Assembly: GCA_965263355.1 (NCBI GenBank) | Contig: CBDHHL010000025.1 | Coordinates: 1-64,000, forward strand | Length of the DNA: 64,000 bases | Direction: 5' to 3' | Origin: Leptolyngbyaceae cyanobacterium | GTDB lineage: Bacteria; Cyanobacteriota; Cyanobacteriia; Phormidesmidales; Phormidesmidaceae | Shown here: piece after piece, positions 42,601-50,679 of the stretch | Layout: each line of letters begins with the position of its first letter | Position numbering within the stretch: the stretch's first letter is position 1 | Program-made: the position numbers and the translations under genes | The notes under the pieces: generated by a model | Seen by the model: only the letters and a program-made list of their open reading frames with translations | What the model was told of the DNA's origin: nothing | Databases searched by the model: none

Positions 42601-43190
42601 ATGGCCCGGTTCATGCGTCCGGTCTGCTCTGGGGCTAGATAGGCTAGCGTGCCTTCTAAACTATTATGGCCTTTGATAGCCTCGGTTTCTTTGGGTAGCA
42701 GCGAAGCAAGGCTAAAGTCGCTCAGCTTAACTTGCTTTGAGTCTGGATGAATCAGAATGTTGGCGGGTTTAATGTCCTTGTGGATCACCCGATGCTGGTG
42801 GAGATCGTGCAGAATAGTAGCTAGCTGGATGGCAATTGTGAGGATATCAATAAGACTGAGCTGATTTCCCTGGGCATATTGCCCCAGATCAATTCCCCCA
42901 AAATCCTCCATAATTAGTGCATAGCCATTGCCCCAGGTCTCCAGACTAAGCGGACGGATAATTCCCTCAATAGGTAAGTTTTTCGCAACCGTATATTGAT
43001 TGCGAAACTGAACCAGTTCACTAAAGTTCGGATATTCCTGAGCTAGGATTTTAACCACGACAGATTGCTGGGTTGCTGTCCCCACAGCTCGATAAACCGT
43101 TGTACGAGTGCCCTGATAAATACACTCAACCAAGGTATAGCCAGACAGATGTAGATTTGTCAGGGGGGATGATTCGGCCACATTAGTCAT
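36624..43190 (-). CDS. Ser/Thr kinase - AAA ATPase - GAF - 3 PAS - histidine kinase (HEINNP-type H-box)
   Basis: HKDIKPAN, YLAPEQTGR, GFSGIGKT, IAHEINNP, NILANAIDA, GKGTGLGL. ATG at 43190; ORF track starts at 43235. Confidence 0.95.
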   Translation of the reverse strand: MTNVAESSPLTNLHLSGYTLVECIYQGTRTTVYRAVGTATQQSVVVKILAQEYPNFSELVQFRNQYTVAKNLPIEGIIRPLSLETWGNGYALIMEDFGGIDLGQYAQGNQLSLIDILTIAIQLATILHDLHQHRVIHKDIKPANILIHPDSKQVKLSDFSLASLLPKETEAIKGHNSLEGTLAYLAPEQTGRMNRAIDYRTDFYSLGVTLYQLLTGQLPFTSKDPLELIHCHMAQLPAAVDQINPDVPAMVTAIIAKLMAKNAEDRYQSAFGLKYDFERCLTQWQQQGEIAEFSLGQQDLSDRFLIPEKLYGRETEVKVLLNAFDRVAQSSSELMLVTGFSGIGKTAVVNEVHKPITRQKGYFIKGKFDQFNRNIPLSAFLQALRDLMGQLLSESDAQLKTWKTRILDAVGENGKVLVDVIPELAQIIGNQPSVIELSGSAAQNRFNRLFQNFIELFSIAEHPLVIFLDDLQWADSTSLQLIKLLAENNRYLLLIGAYRDNEVSSTHPLTLTLGELKQAQSIVNTITLTPLSFEDTNHLIADTLNCSTKLAQPLTELVNRKTKGNPFFTTQFLKALHEDGLLSFDLEQRYWACDITQIKAMALTDDVVEFMVVQLRKLSVETQQVLKLAACIGNQFDLNTLAIVLEESSDNTAQFLWQALQEGFVLPTSQIYKFFQSEDDNWQRTVNPTYQFLHDRVQQAAYCLIPDTQKQITHLKIGQLLLDSVSEVELDNKLFNIVNHWNIGAALVTDAYKQTQLRQLNFKAAYKAKGAIAYEAAHQYATTAIDLLSSDSWSNQYSLTLALYELVAELAYLKGDFAKSQHWAKILLHHAKAILDEVKVHEINLLACTAQKKTLEATELGLQTLEKLGISIPNPPTQDDIEKFWTDVGDLILQTKIQSLLDLPSMTDDYALAALRILNSMAATVYLTQPQLFPLIVLAQVKLSLLHGNTPVSAGAYARYSFLLCSKVNDIELGYEFGCLALKLSEKFNNKAISTRVLLMVGALTLPWKVHLKESIPLLKTAYLNGLESGNLDGAALSHYYESQSSYIVGEQLQELAHKVATYSQQIREIKQELHFNNNELIHQVILNLTGNSQNPYQLVGNAFNEETMLPLYHRSSNVLGLFCLYLHKAMLCYWFGEWNDSVGYATEAAKHLAGSTAQATGPLLYFYDSLARLAQYATVSNSEQNSILAKISENQVKIKHWADHAPMNFQHKYDLVLAEQYHCLGEMAAAIDVYDSAISGAKVNGYIQEEAMANELAARFYLDWGKEKIAAVYMQEAYYCYSRWGASAKVADLESRYPKLLRPILQQLTTPSVDVLNTLTRLSKSTISAHFSTHHKAANRANLNQAFDFASILKASQALSSAIKLDELLYQLTQIILQNSGGDHCALILPDETGVWQVRAVATSDKTQLYTEPLTNNPNIPVKLIQYVKNTQKVVVIDNLETDLPILDDYLMEHQPKSLLCLPLFNQGHLVGILYLSNRLTDGVFTSDRITILNFLCTQTAISLENARLYQLEKRRADQLAASEDRLQTLFDQAADAVFLLREQKIIDCNQAAVSLFRYPNKAALLALQIHQFSPERQPDGQLSAVKIEFMLLEASQRCSFRFKWVCQCHNGEDFWAEITLTPIKYQGKIIFHCIARDISDRKKLEKEQARLTAVLEATPDFIGVATTQGEILWHNKPLRNLRKDLVESDEHHLISDCHPDWVNEIIVNEALPSAVQNGSWSGELVLLDEAGREIPVSQVIIAHKDGSGAVENFSTIMRDISDRKQAEANSRLLASVVESSDDAIITKNLDSIITSWNHAAVDLFGYTEAEAMGQPITMLFPADRLQEEAQIIARIKNKKRVKHFETIRLHKDGSPIDISVTISPLIDSHGNVIGASKIVRDIRDRKQAEAQIHKKNQALKMALTQLQQSQLQLVKSEKMSALGGLVTGIAHEINNPVGCIVGNVAAAQDYFSDLLGLLDLYAQQFPNPGPDIENELDAIDLTYVRDDLPQLIQAMKDSGKRIVSISRSLRTFSRADTETRQVFDLHKGLESTVLILRHRLKANEQRPAIEVVKDYGDIPEITCFPGQLNQVFMNILANAIDALDETSQTLSFADLDAFSPCITIRTEVDNQQIMIAIADNGPGIPEALRSKVFDSLFTTKDVGKGTGLGLAIAHQIVVDTHGGRLDVQSEIGQGTEFCIRLPLQQQ
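37906..38630. repeat. Diverged PAS-PAS module repeat shared with 28696..29420
   Basis: Colinear nucleotide and protein similarity at offset 9210. Confidence 0.85.
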
Positions 43191-43276
43191 GTGCTTAGTC
43201 GTCAAGAAAGCAGAGTTTATCCTAAAAGTACCCAAGATGGTTGCGATCGCGCCTATCTACAGTATCTCCACTGAAC

Positions 43277-44311
43277 TTAAGCCTGACTCGAAAGCCTAAT
43301 TAAAAATTCAGTTCCTTGTCCCAGCTCCGATTGAATTTCCACATATCCGCCATGCTGATCTACTATAATTCGGTGCGCAATTGTCAACCCTAATCCTATC
43401 CCTTGTCCAGCCTCTTGTGTTGTAAAGAAAGGGTCAAATATTTTATCAAGGATCTCAGACGAGATGCCAATGCCATTGTCTTTGATACTGACAACAACTT
43501 GTTGATTAGATTGATATGCGGTTGTAATGGTAATGATACCAGGGTCAGACGGTTGGTTCCTTGCCTGAACCTTTTTTACGATAATTGCATCAATTGCATT
43601 GTTCAAAATATTAATTAATGCTTGATTGAAGTCTCCAGCAGAACAAGCCACAAACGGAAGTTCACCATAGTTTCTAATAACTTGAATATCAGACAGTTTT
43701 TGTTGAAGAAGCATCAAGATATTATCAATACTTTCGTGGATATTAACCGCCTTATAGCCAGCTTCATGCAGACGGGAAAAGTTGCGAAGGGCTAGGACAA
43801 TATCTCGAATCCGCTGCGTTCCTCGATTCATAGAATGTAAAATTTTTGGAATATCGTCTTCAATTAATGAAATATCGATATCCTCACTGTCTACATAAAA
43901 CTCTGCTGGAGGGGATGGGAAATAGCGATGATATAAATGGATTAACTTAAATAAGTCTTGAACATATTCGTCCAAATGTTCAATGTTACTGTAAATAAAT
44001 CCAATCGGGTTATTAATCTCATGGGCAATACCTGCAGTGGTTTGCCCTAATACAGACATTTTAGCACTTTGCACCAGTTGTACCTGCATCAGCTGCATGG
44101 CATCTAGAGCATTTTGTAAATCTTGGCTCTTTTGTTCGAGAGTTTCTTTAGATAGTTGCAGTTGACGGATAACATTCTTAAGCAATGCTTCTTTAGCCGC
44201 TATATCAGATTCTATTTGTTTGCGCTCCTTTTCAGATCGCTCCAATTTCTTTCGCAAAACGCGAATGGTTTTCTCTAATTCTTCAACCTTTCCGTGCTGC
44301 TGTTCTCCCAT
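43277..44311 (-). CDS. Soluble coiled-coil histidine kinase, partner of the FIST protein
   Basis: IAHEINNP, NILNNAIDA, DNGIGI, GIGLGL; ATG at 44311 lies 7 nt after the FIST stop. Confidence 0.9.
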   Translation of the reverse strand: MGEQQHGKVEELEKTIRVLRKKLERSEKERKQIESDIAAKEALLKNVIRQLQLSKETLEQKSQDLQNALDAMQLMQVQLVQSAKMSVLGQTTAGIAHEINNPIGFIYSNIEHLDEYVQDLFKLIHLYHRYFPSPPAEFYVDSEDIDISLIEDDIPKILHSMNRGTQRIRDIVLALRNFSRLHEAGYKAVNIHESIDNILMLLQQKLSDIQVIRNYGELPFVACSAGDFNQALINILNNAIDAIIVKKVQARNQPSDPGIITITTAYQSNQQVVVSIKDNGIGISSEILDKIFDPFFTTQEAGQGIGLGLTIAHRIIVDQHGGYVEIQSELGQGTEFLIRLSSQA

Positions 44312-44318
44312 AAAGCTT

Positions 44319-45476
44319 CTAGGTATCTCCCAAAAGTAGGGTAACAAAGGTTTTGTTATGAAATTTTGATTGGCTGTGCTGTTGCAGTGGTGCAATTTCG
44401 CCATAGGCATAAAAGCCACAGCATGGCAGATTCTGCGGCAAATAAGTTGCCGCTAGCTGATACTCTTGATATGTTAACGTTCCTAAAATACGTCGACGAG
44501 CTGCACAGGAAACTAATAAAAGTGCTGCTGGATTAGCCCCTGGATAGTGGGTGATTGCCTCTTGCAATGAGGTCTCAGAGGCCCTTAAAATGTCTTCACG
44601 CGATGCATCAGTAATCTGGACAATAGCCTGTTCTGGTATATCTGCAAAGAAGGTGACACTGCCAAGGTCTGGATCGTAGCTATTGGGTGCTCGCATATAA
44701 AAGCGATCTTGCTCTTCAAAGACTGCTAAGGCATGGATAGCATAATTTGCAGCAAATGTTTCTGCTCCCAGATATTGTTGGTAAAAATCGAGTGCCCGCT
44801 GATTTTCAATCTCGTATACAACATTATTTTTTGCTTTGGTAATACGACTTTTAGGACTAATCGGTGTCCAGCCACTGGCAACACCATGGGAAACTAGTAA
44901 ATCTCCTGAAAATAACAGTATAGGGATTGAATCGCTTAAAACTTGGTCTTGGAAAAATTGATATGTTTTCTCAAATGTATAATCATCGGCGGTCATACCG
45001 CCTACAATCGGGACATTGTCACCTAAGTTACGTTTGAGGCTTTCCAGAATAACGACGCCACTACTGGTTAAACTTTCGGGAAAGGTCAGACATAACTTAG
45101 GTTGAGCAGAGCTATTTGCCATTGCTTGGGAGATCGCCTGTTGGACTGCCTGGTCAGGATCCTCAGACGCATTACGGCCTAATCCAGCCCACATCTCTAC
45201 GGTATCTGAAGCAAATAACATGAGTGTTAGAGAATCTTGCTGAAATTCTAGTAATGAGGAAATTTCACCATTGGTAGTGCCACCAATCAAAGCAATGTTA
45301 GGAAAGACCTGTTGAATTTTTTCGAGAATTAGTTTGTGATCAAAATCAATTGCTGTGAAGAGCATACCAGCTTGGGGCACTATGCCAGCCAAGGAGTGGG
45401 TACATTCATTGATAACCTCAGTGATTGCCATCAGCGAATCAGGATCATTACTATGACCAATTACACTCTTAAACAT
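44319..45476 (-). CDS. FIST_N/FIST_C domain sensor protein (NosP-like)
   Basis: IGGTTNGEI, IVGGMTAD, SGWTP, VSCAARR, GFYAYGEI, FHNKT motifs. Confidence 0.9.
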   Translation of the reverse strand: MFKSVIGHSNDPDSLMAITEVINECTHSLAGIVPQAGMLFTAIDFDHKLILEKIQQVFPNIALIGGTTNGEISSLLEFQQDSLTLMLFASDTVEMWAGLGRNASEDPDQAVQQAISQAMANSSAQPKLCLTFPESLTSSGVVILESLKRNLGDNVPIVGGMTADDYTFEKTYQFFQDQVLSDSIPILLFSGDLLVSHGVASGWTPISPKSRITKAKNNVVYEIENQRALDFYQQYLGAETFAANYAIHALAVFEEQDRFYMRAPNSYDPDLGSVTFFADIPEQAIVQITDASREDILRASETSLQEAITHYPGANPAALLLVSCAARRRILGTLTYQEYQLAATYLPQNLPCCGFYAYGEIAPLQQHSQSKFHNKTFVTLLLGDT

Positions 45477-45699
45477 CAGTTTGAATGGGCAGCAAGCCCC
45501 TAATCTGGCTACATCACTGCTAGTATTCCCTGCGATATGCGCAATTTCACTGTGAATTTTTACATACCCATTAAACGGCTAAAGCTCCATATCTCAGTTT
45601 CAGCAATGCTATCGCCTATATAGACTTGGCCGCCCTTGAGCCGATAGACAACATAGGGGTGGTCCCTTGACAACTCAAGTTTTGACGACAGATGGTTTG

Positions 45700-48600
45700 T
45701 TAATCAGATGGGCTGATACGATAGCAGGTTGATTTGGCTAATGTCATCGGTATATCTGCTATGGCGACTAGTTCTACCTGGCCTTGGTCATTGATTTGCA
45801 ATCCCTGGGCCTCGGTTAACTCCGAGAATTCTGAATCTGTCATTGCTCTCTGATTGACTGTTTCGTTGTTACCAGACACTGTTTCCCGAAGATCGGTCCA
45901 AATTAGTGTCTGATTGAGTAACTCTCCTGAGTTAAGGGGAATCCCTCCTTGACCGGTTACGACAAAACTGGCATCTTCATCTAGTAAACACCCTACTGTT
46001 AATCGATCTTCGGCTCTGACTAACTCTTCAGGCAACTGAACTGGGTCGGATTCAACTTCATCGACAAATTGTTCAATCACAACGGTGCCGTCTAGCCCCA
46101 TTGTGGAACTCGCTGTAATATCACTCAACGGGGTGAGATTATCTCGAAAGGCAATACCCAATAAGGCATTGGTACTAATGGTAACATTCCCCCCTGATCC
46201 TAAAAAGGCATTGGCGGTAATGTCGCTATTTTCGGCAGCAGGTCCTACCACAAAGCCTGCCTCAATATTAATGTTGCCGCCATCACCTCCAGTGCCAATC
46301 ACACCTGCTGTCGCTGAAATAGTTCCCTGCTGTCGCAGAAGTAAAACTTCGTCTAATCCTAGGAAAATATCTCCTCCATTTCCCTGTAAGGATTGAGTGC
46401 TGATAGTTGCTTGATCCCTTATAGTGAGTTGGTCAGCTTCCAGATGAATGTTACCAGCATCTCCTATTCCTGTCGATTGAGCTTCGATAGTGCTGGGAGC
46501 ATTGTTGGGGCTGGTGCCACTAACGGTCACTTGGTCAGCGATAATATTAAGATTGCCAGCATTTTCAGAACCTTGAGTACTGGCACGAATTTGACCCCCG
46601 TTGAGTACCTCTAGGGTATTGGTTTGGATATTGAGGGAACCGCCAGGACCTGTGGATGTGGGAGAGACATCGGTCAGAAGGCTGGAGGAGAAACTATTAT
46701 CTACGGAAGTACCGTCTACAAGAATAGATTGGGCTTGAATATCTAAGAGACCGCTACTGCCACCACCCAACGAGTTGGCAGCGATCGCACTTCCCCCAGC
46801 CACCACCAAATCATTGGTTCTGATAATTAGCTCCCCCGCATTCCCAGTACCAAATACGCTACTGACACCAATACCGGCACCATCGTCCAAACGGATGCGA
46901 TCGCTATTGATTTCTAACCGCCCTCCATCGAGACTGCCAACTGTCCCAGTGGCTAAAATCGAAAACCCACTTAGGTAAAGATCGTTGACATTGATAGTGA
47001 CATCTCCTGGTTCACCTTCATTGTTAAACAGACTCGCGGCATTTGCTATGAGGGCCCCGTCTCGTATGGTTAGTTGATCTGCATTTACCTCAATTGTGCC
47101 TGATAAACCAGAGCCAAAAGCTGTTGCTTGAATGGTTGTTTCACCAAATCCTAGTTCAATCACACGGGAGAACCCTAATTGTTGTGGGTCAAAAATGATA
47201 AACGGACCCGGCTCATCACCAATTAACTCAACCGAGTCAGTCGCACTCAAGGTAATATCGCCTGCATCACCCATACTAAATAATTGGGTATCTGCTGCAA
47301 GTAATGATTGACCTAATGTTCCATCCAAAAGAATTTGGCGGGCCATAAGGTTAATGTTCCCTGCACTACCTGTAGATTGGGTTTGCAAAAAGCCCGACTG
47401 TACGAGGATAATATCCCCAACCTGAATGTCGATATTGCCCGTTGTTTGAACAACAGCACCCATAGACGGTACAGAATTGATAGTACTTTCTAACAGTTTT
47501 ACAGATTGCCCTGCCTGTATCTGAATATTACCAGCAGTCTGACCAAACCCTGCACGGGTGCCAATCGCACTTGCCCCTAATATGAGATCTTGGTTCACTG
47601 TGATATCAATATTTGGACCCTGTTCACCACTGGAGAACGTTAAAACATTTCCTACCTCCGATGCAGTGAGACTATTAGCCTGGATCAGTAGCCTCCCTCC
47701 GTCACCAGTGAATTCAATAATTCCAAAGCTAGGACCAGGGGGCAACCTATCGGGTTGGAAAATGATATCGCCAACCGCTTGAATCGTAAATTGAGGAATA
47801 CCTTCGGCAACAGACACAAACAGGGGATTTGTAATATGAATGTCATTATCACTTTGCAAAGTCACATTGGCACTTACTGTGGATACAGTTCCAGTGCCAT
47901 CGTCTAAAAGACTTAGATTGTTATCTGAGCTTAAACTCAGGGGCGCGAGAGCATTACTAATGATAGGACCAATCAGGGTGAGGTTGCGATCGCTCTCCAC
48001 AACGACCTCATTATTTTGCAGTGCCTGATTAATGGCCTGGTTGGTCAATGGTGCAGTGACAGCAATGGTTAAATCCGTAGGTGAACTTAACTGCAACAGT
48101 CCAAGCTGGTTATCAGCGGTACGGGTATTAATCTCTCCTGTGAGACTTATTGTGCTACCCCGTAACTCAACAGTTCCTCCAGGGATCGTAATTTGGCCTG
48201 CTTGTTGGATAGTCCCACCATCAAAGGTGAGTTGTTGTTTTGGGGCCAAGGTGAGATCAGCCTGGTTCTGGATTAGCCGTTCTGGGGCATTGGCACCCAA
48301 CTGGATACCTGGTAAAACATTGATAGATAGCAAAGGAACAGGTTCAGGGGCTATGGCACTAAAGCTAATATCGCCCACTTGTAACCCATCTGCAGTGCTG
48401 GCAATAAAATTGCCAGAGAGGTCTAGCTGAGCGTTAGGCCCCAAGAAAATACCGTTGGGGTTGAGTAAAAATAAATCGGCGGGTCCTAAAACCCCCAGGG
48501 TACCATCAAGGTTAGATGGGGTATCCCCTGTAACGCGACTGAGGATAGTGTCAATGCCTTGGGGATTGACAAAGACGACCTGCTGACCATCGACTACATT

Positions 48601-48795
48601 AAACTGGTCAAAACTATGGAAAAGGGCCACACCACGATTAGCCCCCCCCTCAATGGTGATCTGATTTCCCTGGAGTTGCAATTGGGAGGAGTCTGAACTT
48701 AGAGTTGTATCAGGGACTATTTGCGCCAGGCTGAAAGAGGCGTCACCCAGCCATAGTAGTAGGGACCACAAACCTATAAAGTGCTTTGCATTCAT
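45700..48795 (-). CDS. Filamentous haemagglutinin family (TpsA) exoprotein
   Basis: Signal peptide, LFHSFDQF, LSRVTG, LLNPNGI secretion domain, GGNI/AGNI repeats, ENSDITANAF, FVVTGQGGIP. ORF track starts at 48840. Confidence 0.92.
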   Translation of the reverse strand: MNAKHFIGLWSLLLWLGDASFSLAQIVPDTTLSSDSSQLQLQGNQITIEGGANRGVALFHSFDQFNVVDGQQVVFVNPQGIDTILSRVTGDTPSNLDGTLGVLGPADLFLLNPNGIFLGPNAQLDLSGNFIASTADGLQVGDISFSAIAPEPVPLLSINVLPGIQLGANAPERLIQNQADLTLAPKQQLTFDGGTIQQAGQITIPGGTVELRGSTISLTGEINTRTADNQLGLLQLSSPTDLTIAVTAPLTNQAINQALQNNEVVVESDRNLTLIGPIISNALAPLSLSSDNNLSLLDDGTGTVSTVSANVTLQSDNDIHITNPLFVSVAEGIPQFTIQAVGDIIFQPDRLPPGPSFGIIEFTGDGGRLLIQANSLTASEVGNVLTFSSGEQGPNIDITVNQDLILGASAIGTRAGFGQTAGNIQIQAGQSVKLLESTINSVPSMGAVVQTTGNIDIQVGDIILVQSGFLQTQSTGSAGNINLMARQILLDGTLGQSLLAADTQLFSMGDAGDITLSATDSVELIGDEPGPFIIFDPQQLGFSRVIELGFGETTIQATAFGSGLSGTIEVNADQLTIRDGALIANAASLFNNEGEPGDVTINVNDLYLSGFSILATGTVGSLDGGRLEINSDRIRLDDGAGIGVSSVFGTGNAGELIIRTNDLVVAGGSAIAANSLGGGSSGLLDIQAQSILVDGTSVDNSFSSSLLTDVSPTSTGPGGSLNIQTNTLEVLNGGQIRASTQGSENAGNLNIIADQVTVSGTSPNNAPSTIEAQSTGIGDAGNIHLEADQLTIRDQATISTQSLQGNGGDIFLGLDEVLLLRQQGTISATAGVIGTGGDGGNINIEAGFVVGPAAENSDITANAFLGSGGNVTISTNALLGIAFRDNLTPLSDITASSTMGLDGTVVIEQFVDEVESDPVQLPEELVRAEDRLTVGCLLDEDASFVVTGQGGIPLNSGELLNQTLIWTDLRETVSGNNETVNQRAMTDSEFSELTEAQGLQINDQGQVELVAIADIPMTLAKSTCYRISPSD

Positions 48796-48868
48796 CCCCA
48801 GACAGCCTGACTCCACAACCGCTAAAACCAATGAAGTCACTGTATCATAGGCTGCCTATTTCACTACC

Positions 48869-49180
48869 TCATCCTCGAATCACAGTAATCTAGCGACCAT
48901 TAGCTGTTTTAGTAGATTCTGTCTCCCATGGGTAACACCCCTTCGCATCGATCAAGAATTGCTAGCCAGCTAGCCCCTAACCTTAACCCTGCTAAATATT
49001 TATCCAACTACCAGACCAGCCTTCAACGGATTCGGTCGTTCCGGTCGCCATACCTTAAGTTCAATGCTCAGGGTAACTGTCGCCCATAGCGCGAAATAGA
49101 CCGATCCGATCCGTACCAATGACATATATTCTCTCTAACGCCCCACCACCATTGACCACCCGATACAAAAACGCCATCAT
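48869..49180 (-). pseudogene. Frameshifted 3' remnant of a cyanobacterial ATP-binding protein with a PD-(D/E)XK-like C-terminus
   Basis: Across frames: MAFLYRVVNGGGALERIYVIG / VTLSIELKVWRPERPNPL / LDKYLAGLRLGASWLAILDR / GR*ITVIRG*, matching my recollection of this family's C-terminus. Not in the ORF track. Confidence 0.7.
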
Positions 49181-49433
49181 CTCCACAGAGAGGTTAGAAA
49201 AAGAAACTCATAAATCCGTAAAAATCCTGATTAATAAGGCAGCAAATGATGTTCAGAGACTCTCCACTAGACTTCAGTTGTTCTCATAGAAGATTGAATT
49301 TGTCTTAACATTGCAAAATGTTACCCTTGTGAGGATTTTACCTGGATTTTACTTTTTGGTATTTAGATAATGTTTGTTGTCAACTATGGCAGTAGGCGCA
49401 AATTGTGAACATTTAGTTAGCGGAAAAAGCATA

Positions 49434-49739
49434 ATGTTTAAAAAAGTTGCTAAGAGTCTGATCCTGGGAATTCTATTCTATTCTCTGTTGTTTGTATCTC
49501 CGATGCTGCCAACAACTAGTCCAGCTGCAGCCCAAACCTTTGGGCAAGCTAATACTATCATTCTGGAAATGAGTGGCAGTTCGGATGATATTAAGGATCT
49601 AAGATATGGAGAAGGTAAGATCTACAATAAGATTTCAAAGGCTATTAATAGCCTACAGGCTGACGGTGAGGTTAGTGAGAATGCTCAGCCTATTATTGTG
49701 GTAGTGAAACAGAAAAAAAAGAGGTCAATGGATTGGTAG
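49434..49739 (+). CDS. Small hypothetical secreted protein (~101 aa)
   Basis: MFKKVAK, hydrophobic core and SPAAA/Q signal cleavage site; followed by a hairpin. Confidence 0.7.
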   Translation: MFKKVAKSLILGILFYSLLFVSPMLPTTSPAAAQTFGQANTIILEMSGSSDDIKDLRYGEGKIYNKISKAINSLQADGEVSENAQPIIVVVKQKKKRSMDW

Positions 49740-49782
49740 AGATGATGCCTATTAAAGGCAATTAGGCATAGTAGTTTTGTAA

Positions 49783-49822
49783 AAAGCAGCGCTCGTGACA
49801 ACCTGAAACGAGCGTTTGCTTT
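49783..49822 (+). terminator. Stem-loop, likely intrinsic terminator
   Basis: AAAGCAGCGCTCGT ... ACGAGCGTTTGCTTT, about 45 nt after the stop at 49739. Confidence 0.6.
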
Positions 49823-49909
49823 ATTCTTATCTTGAGGGGTCGGCTGCGACACAAACTCAGCTCACCTCTGCAAGGGATTACGTCTGCAGCATTGCCCTTG
49901 TCTTATGCA

Positions 49910-50050
49910 GAGAGGAAGTTCCTAATGCCATCTCTTTCACCAACATTCACCGCTGTGGCGAACACTTGCAAGACTAAGCCCAACGTATCTACCGCTAGAA
50001 ATCGTTTTTGTCCTTTGATGAGCTTGCCCCATCAAAGCTGACGACTTTAT
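49910..50050 (-). mobile_element. IS5-family transposase remnant (frameshifted internal fragment)
   Basis: FDG(frameshift)KLIKGQKRFLAVDTLGLVLQVFATAVNVGERDG matches the IS5 KGRKR..VDTLG motif. Confidence 0.8.
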
Positions 50051-50679
50051 TCATCTGAACAATTTCCAAAGTATAGCTGATTGTGAGTACATGATGAGTG
50101 AATAAAATAATCTCAATATTTCTGAAAATTTCACTTCAATATTTTACCAATATTTTACCTTTGGCTGCTTTAATGGAAGTAGATAAGCTTTGAAGTAAGA
50201 GTTGTCTAATATGATTTAGACTTCTTATTTATAGAAGACTTATCTGACTGGTAAGTTGTGGCGTAAATTGTTTGATTATTGCTGATTGTGAGCATATTAT
50301 GGATAGATAAGATAGTTTTGGTGTTGTCACCAAAATGCACCAGCAATTTAAGGCAATAAATTAGTGATGAGTGTCTTGGTTAAAGAGGCTGTACCAGCCT
50401 GCAATATTAAATGTTAATCAAGCCTCCACTTGCTGTATGGCATGTCAGAACGTGAGGTTTTGCGCTCTTTTCTATAAGTGTTTCGAGTTGTTGTGTGCTT
50501 GTAGTCAACGTAATTGTCTTAAGAAGTAATTTGGCAGAAAAACTGACCGCTATTGTTGAAATCATTGAGCAATTGTGGGTTTCGTCTATTGTCCTAAGTT
50601 GATTATTCACCTTATCGCTCAAGTTGATAGTTGATATTGCTTTTAATTCAACGTCTACGTAATTTTAGTGATTTTGTTC

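Noticed and set aside
46085..48430. Several plus-strand ORFs within the haemagglutinin gene
   Set aside because: Antisense shadows of a repetitive coding sequence.
50407..50622. 71 aa minus-strand ORF upstream of the cluster
   Set aside because: Non-ATG start, no motifs; more likely promoter DNA.
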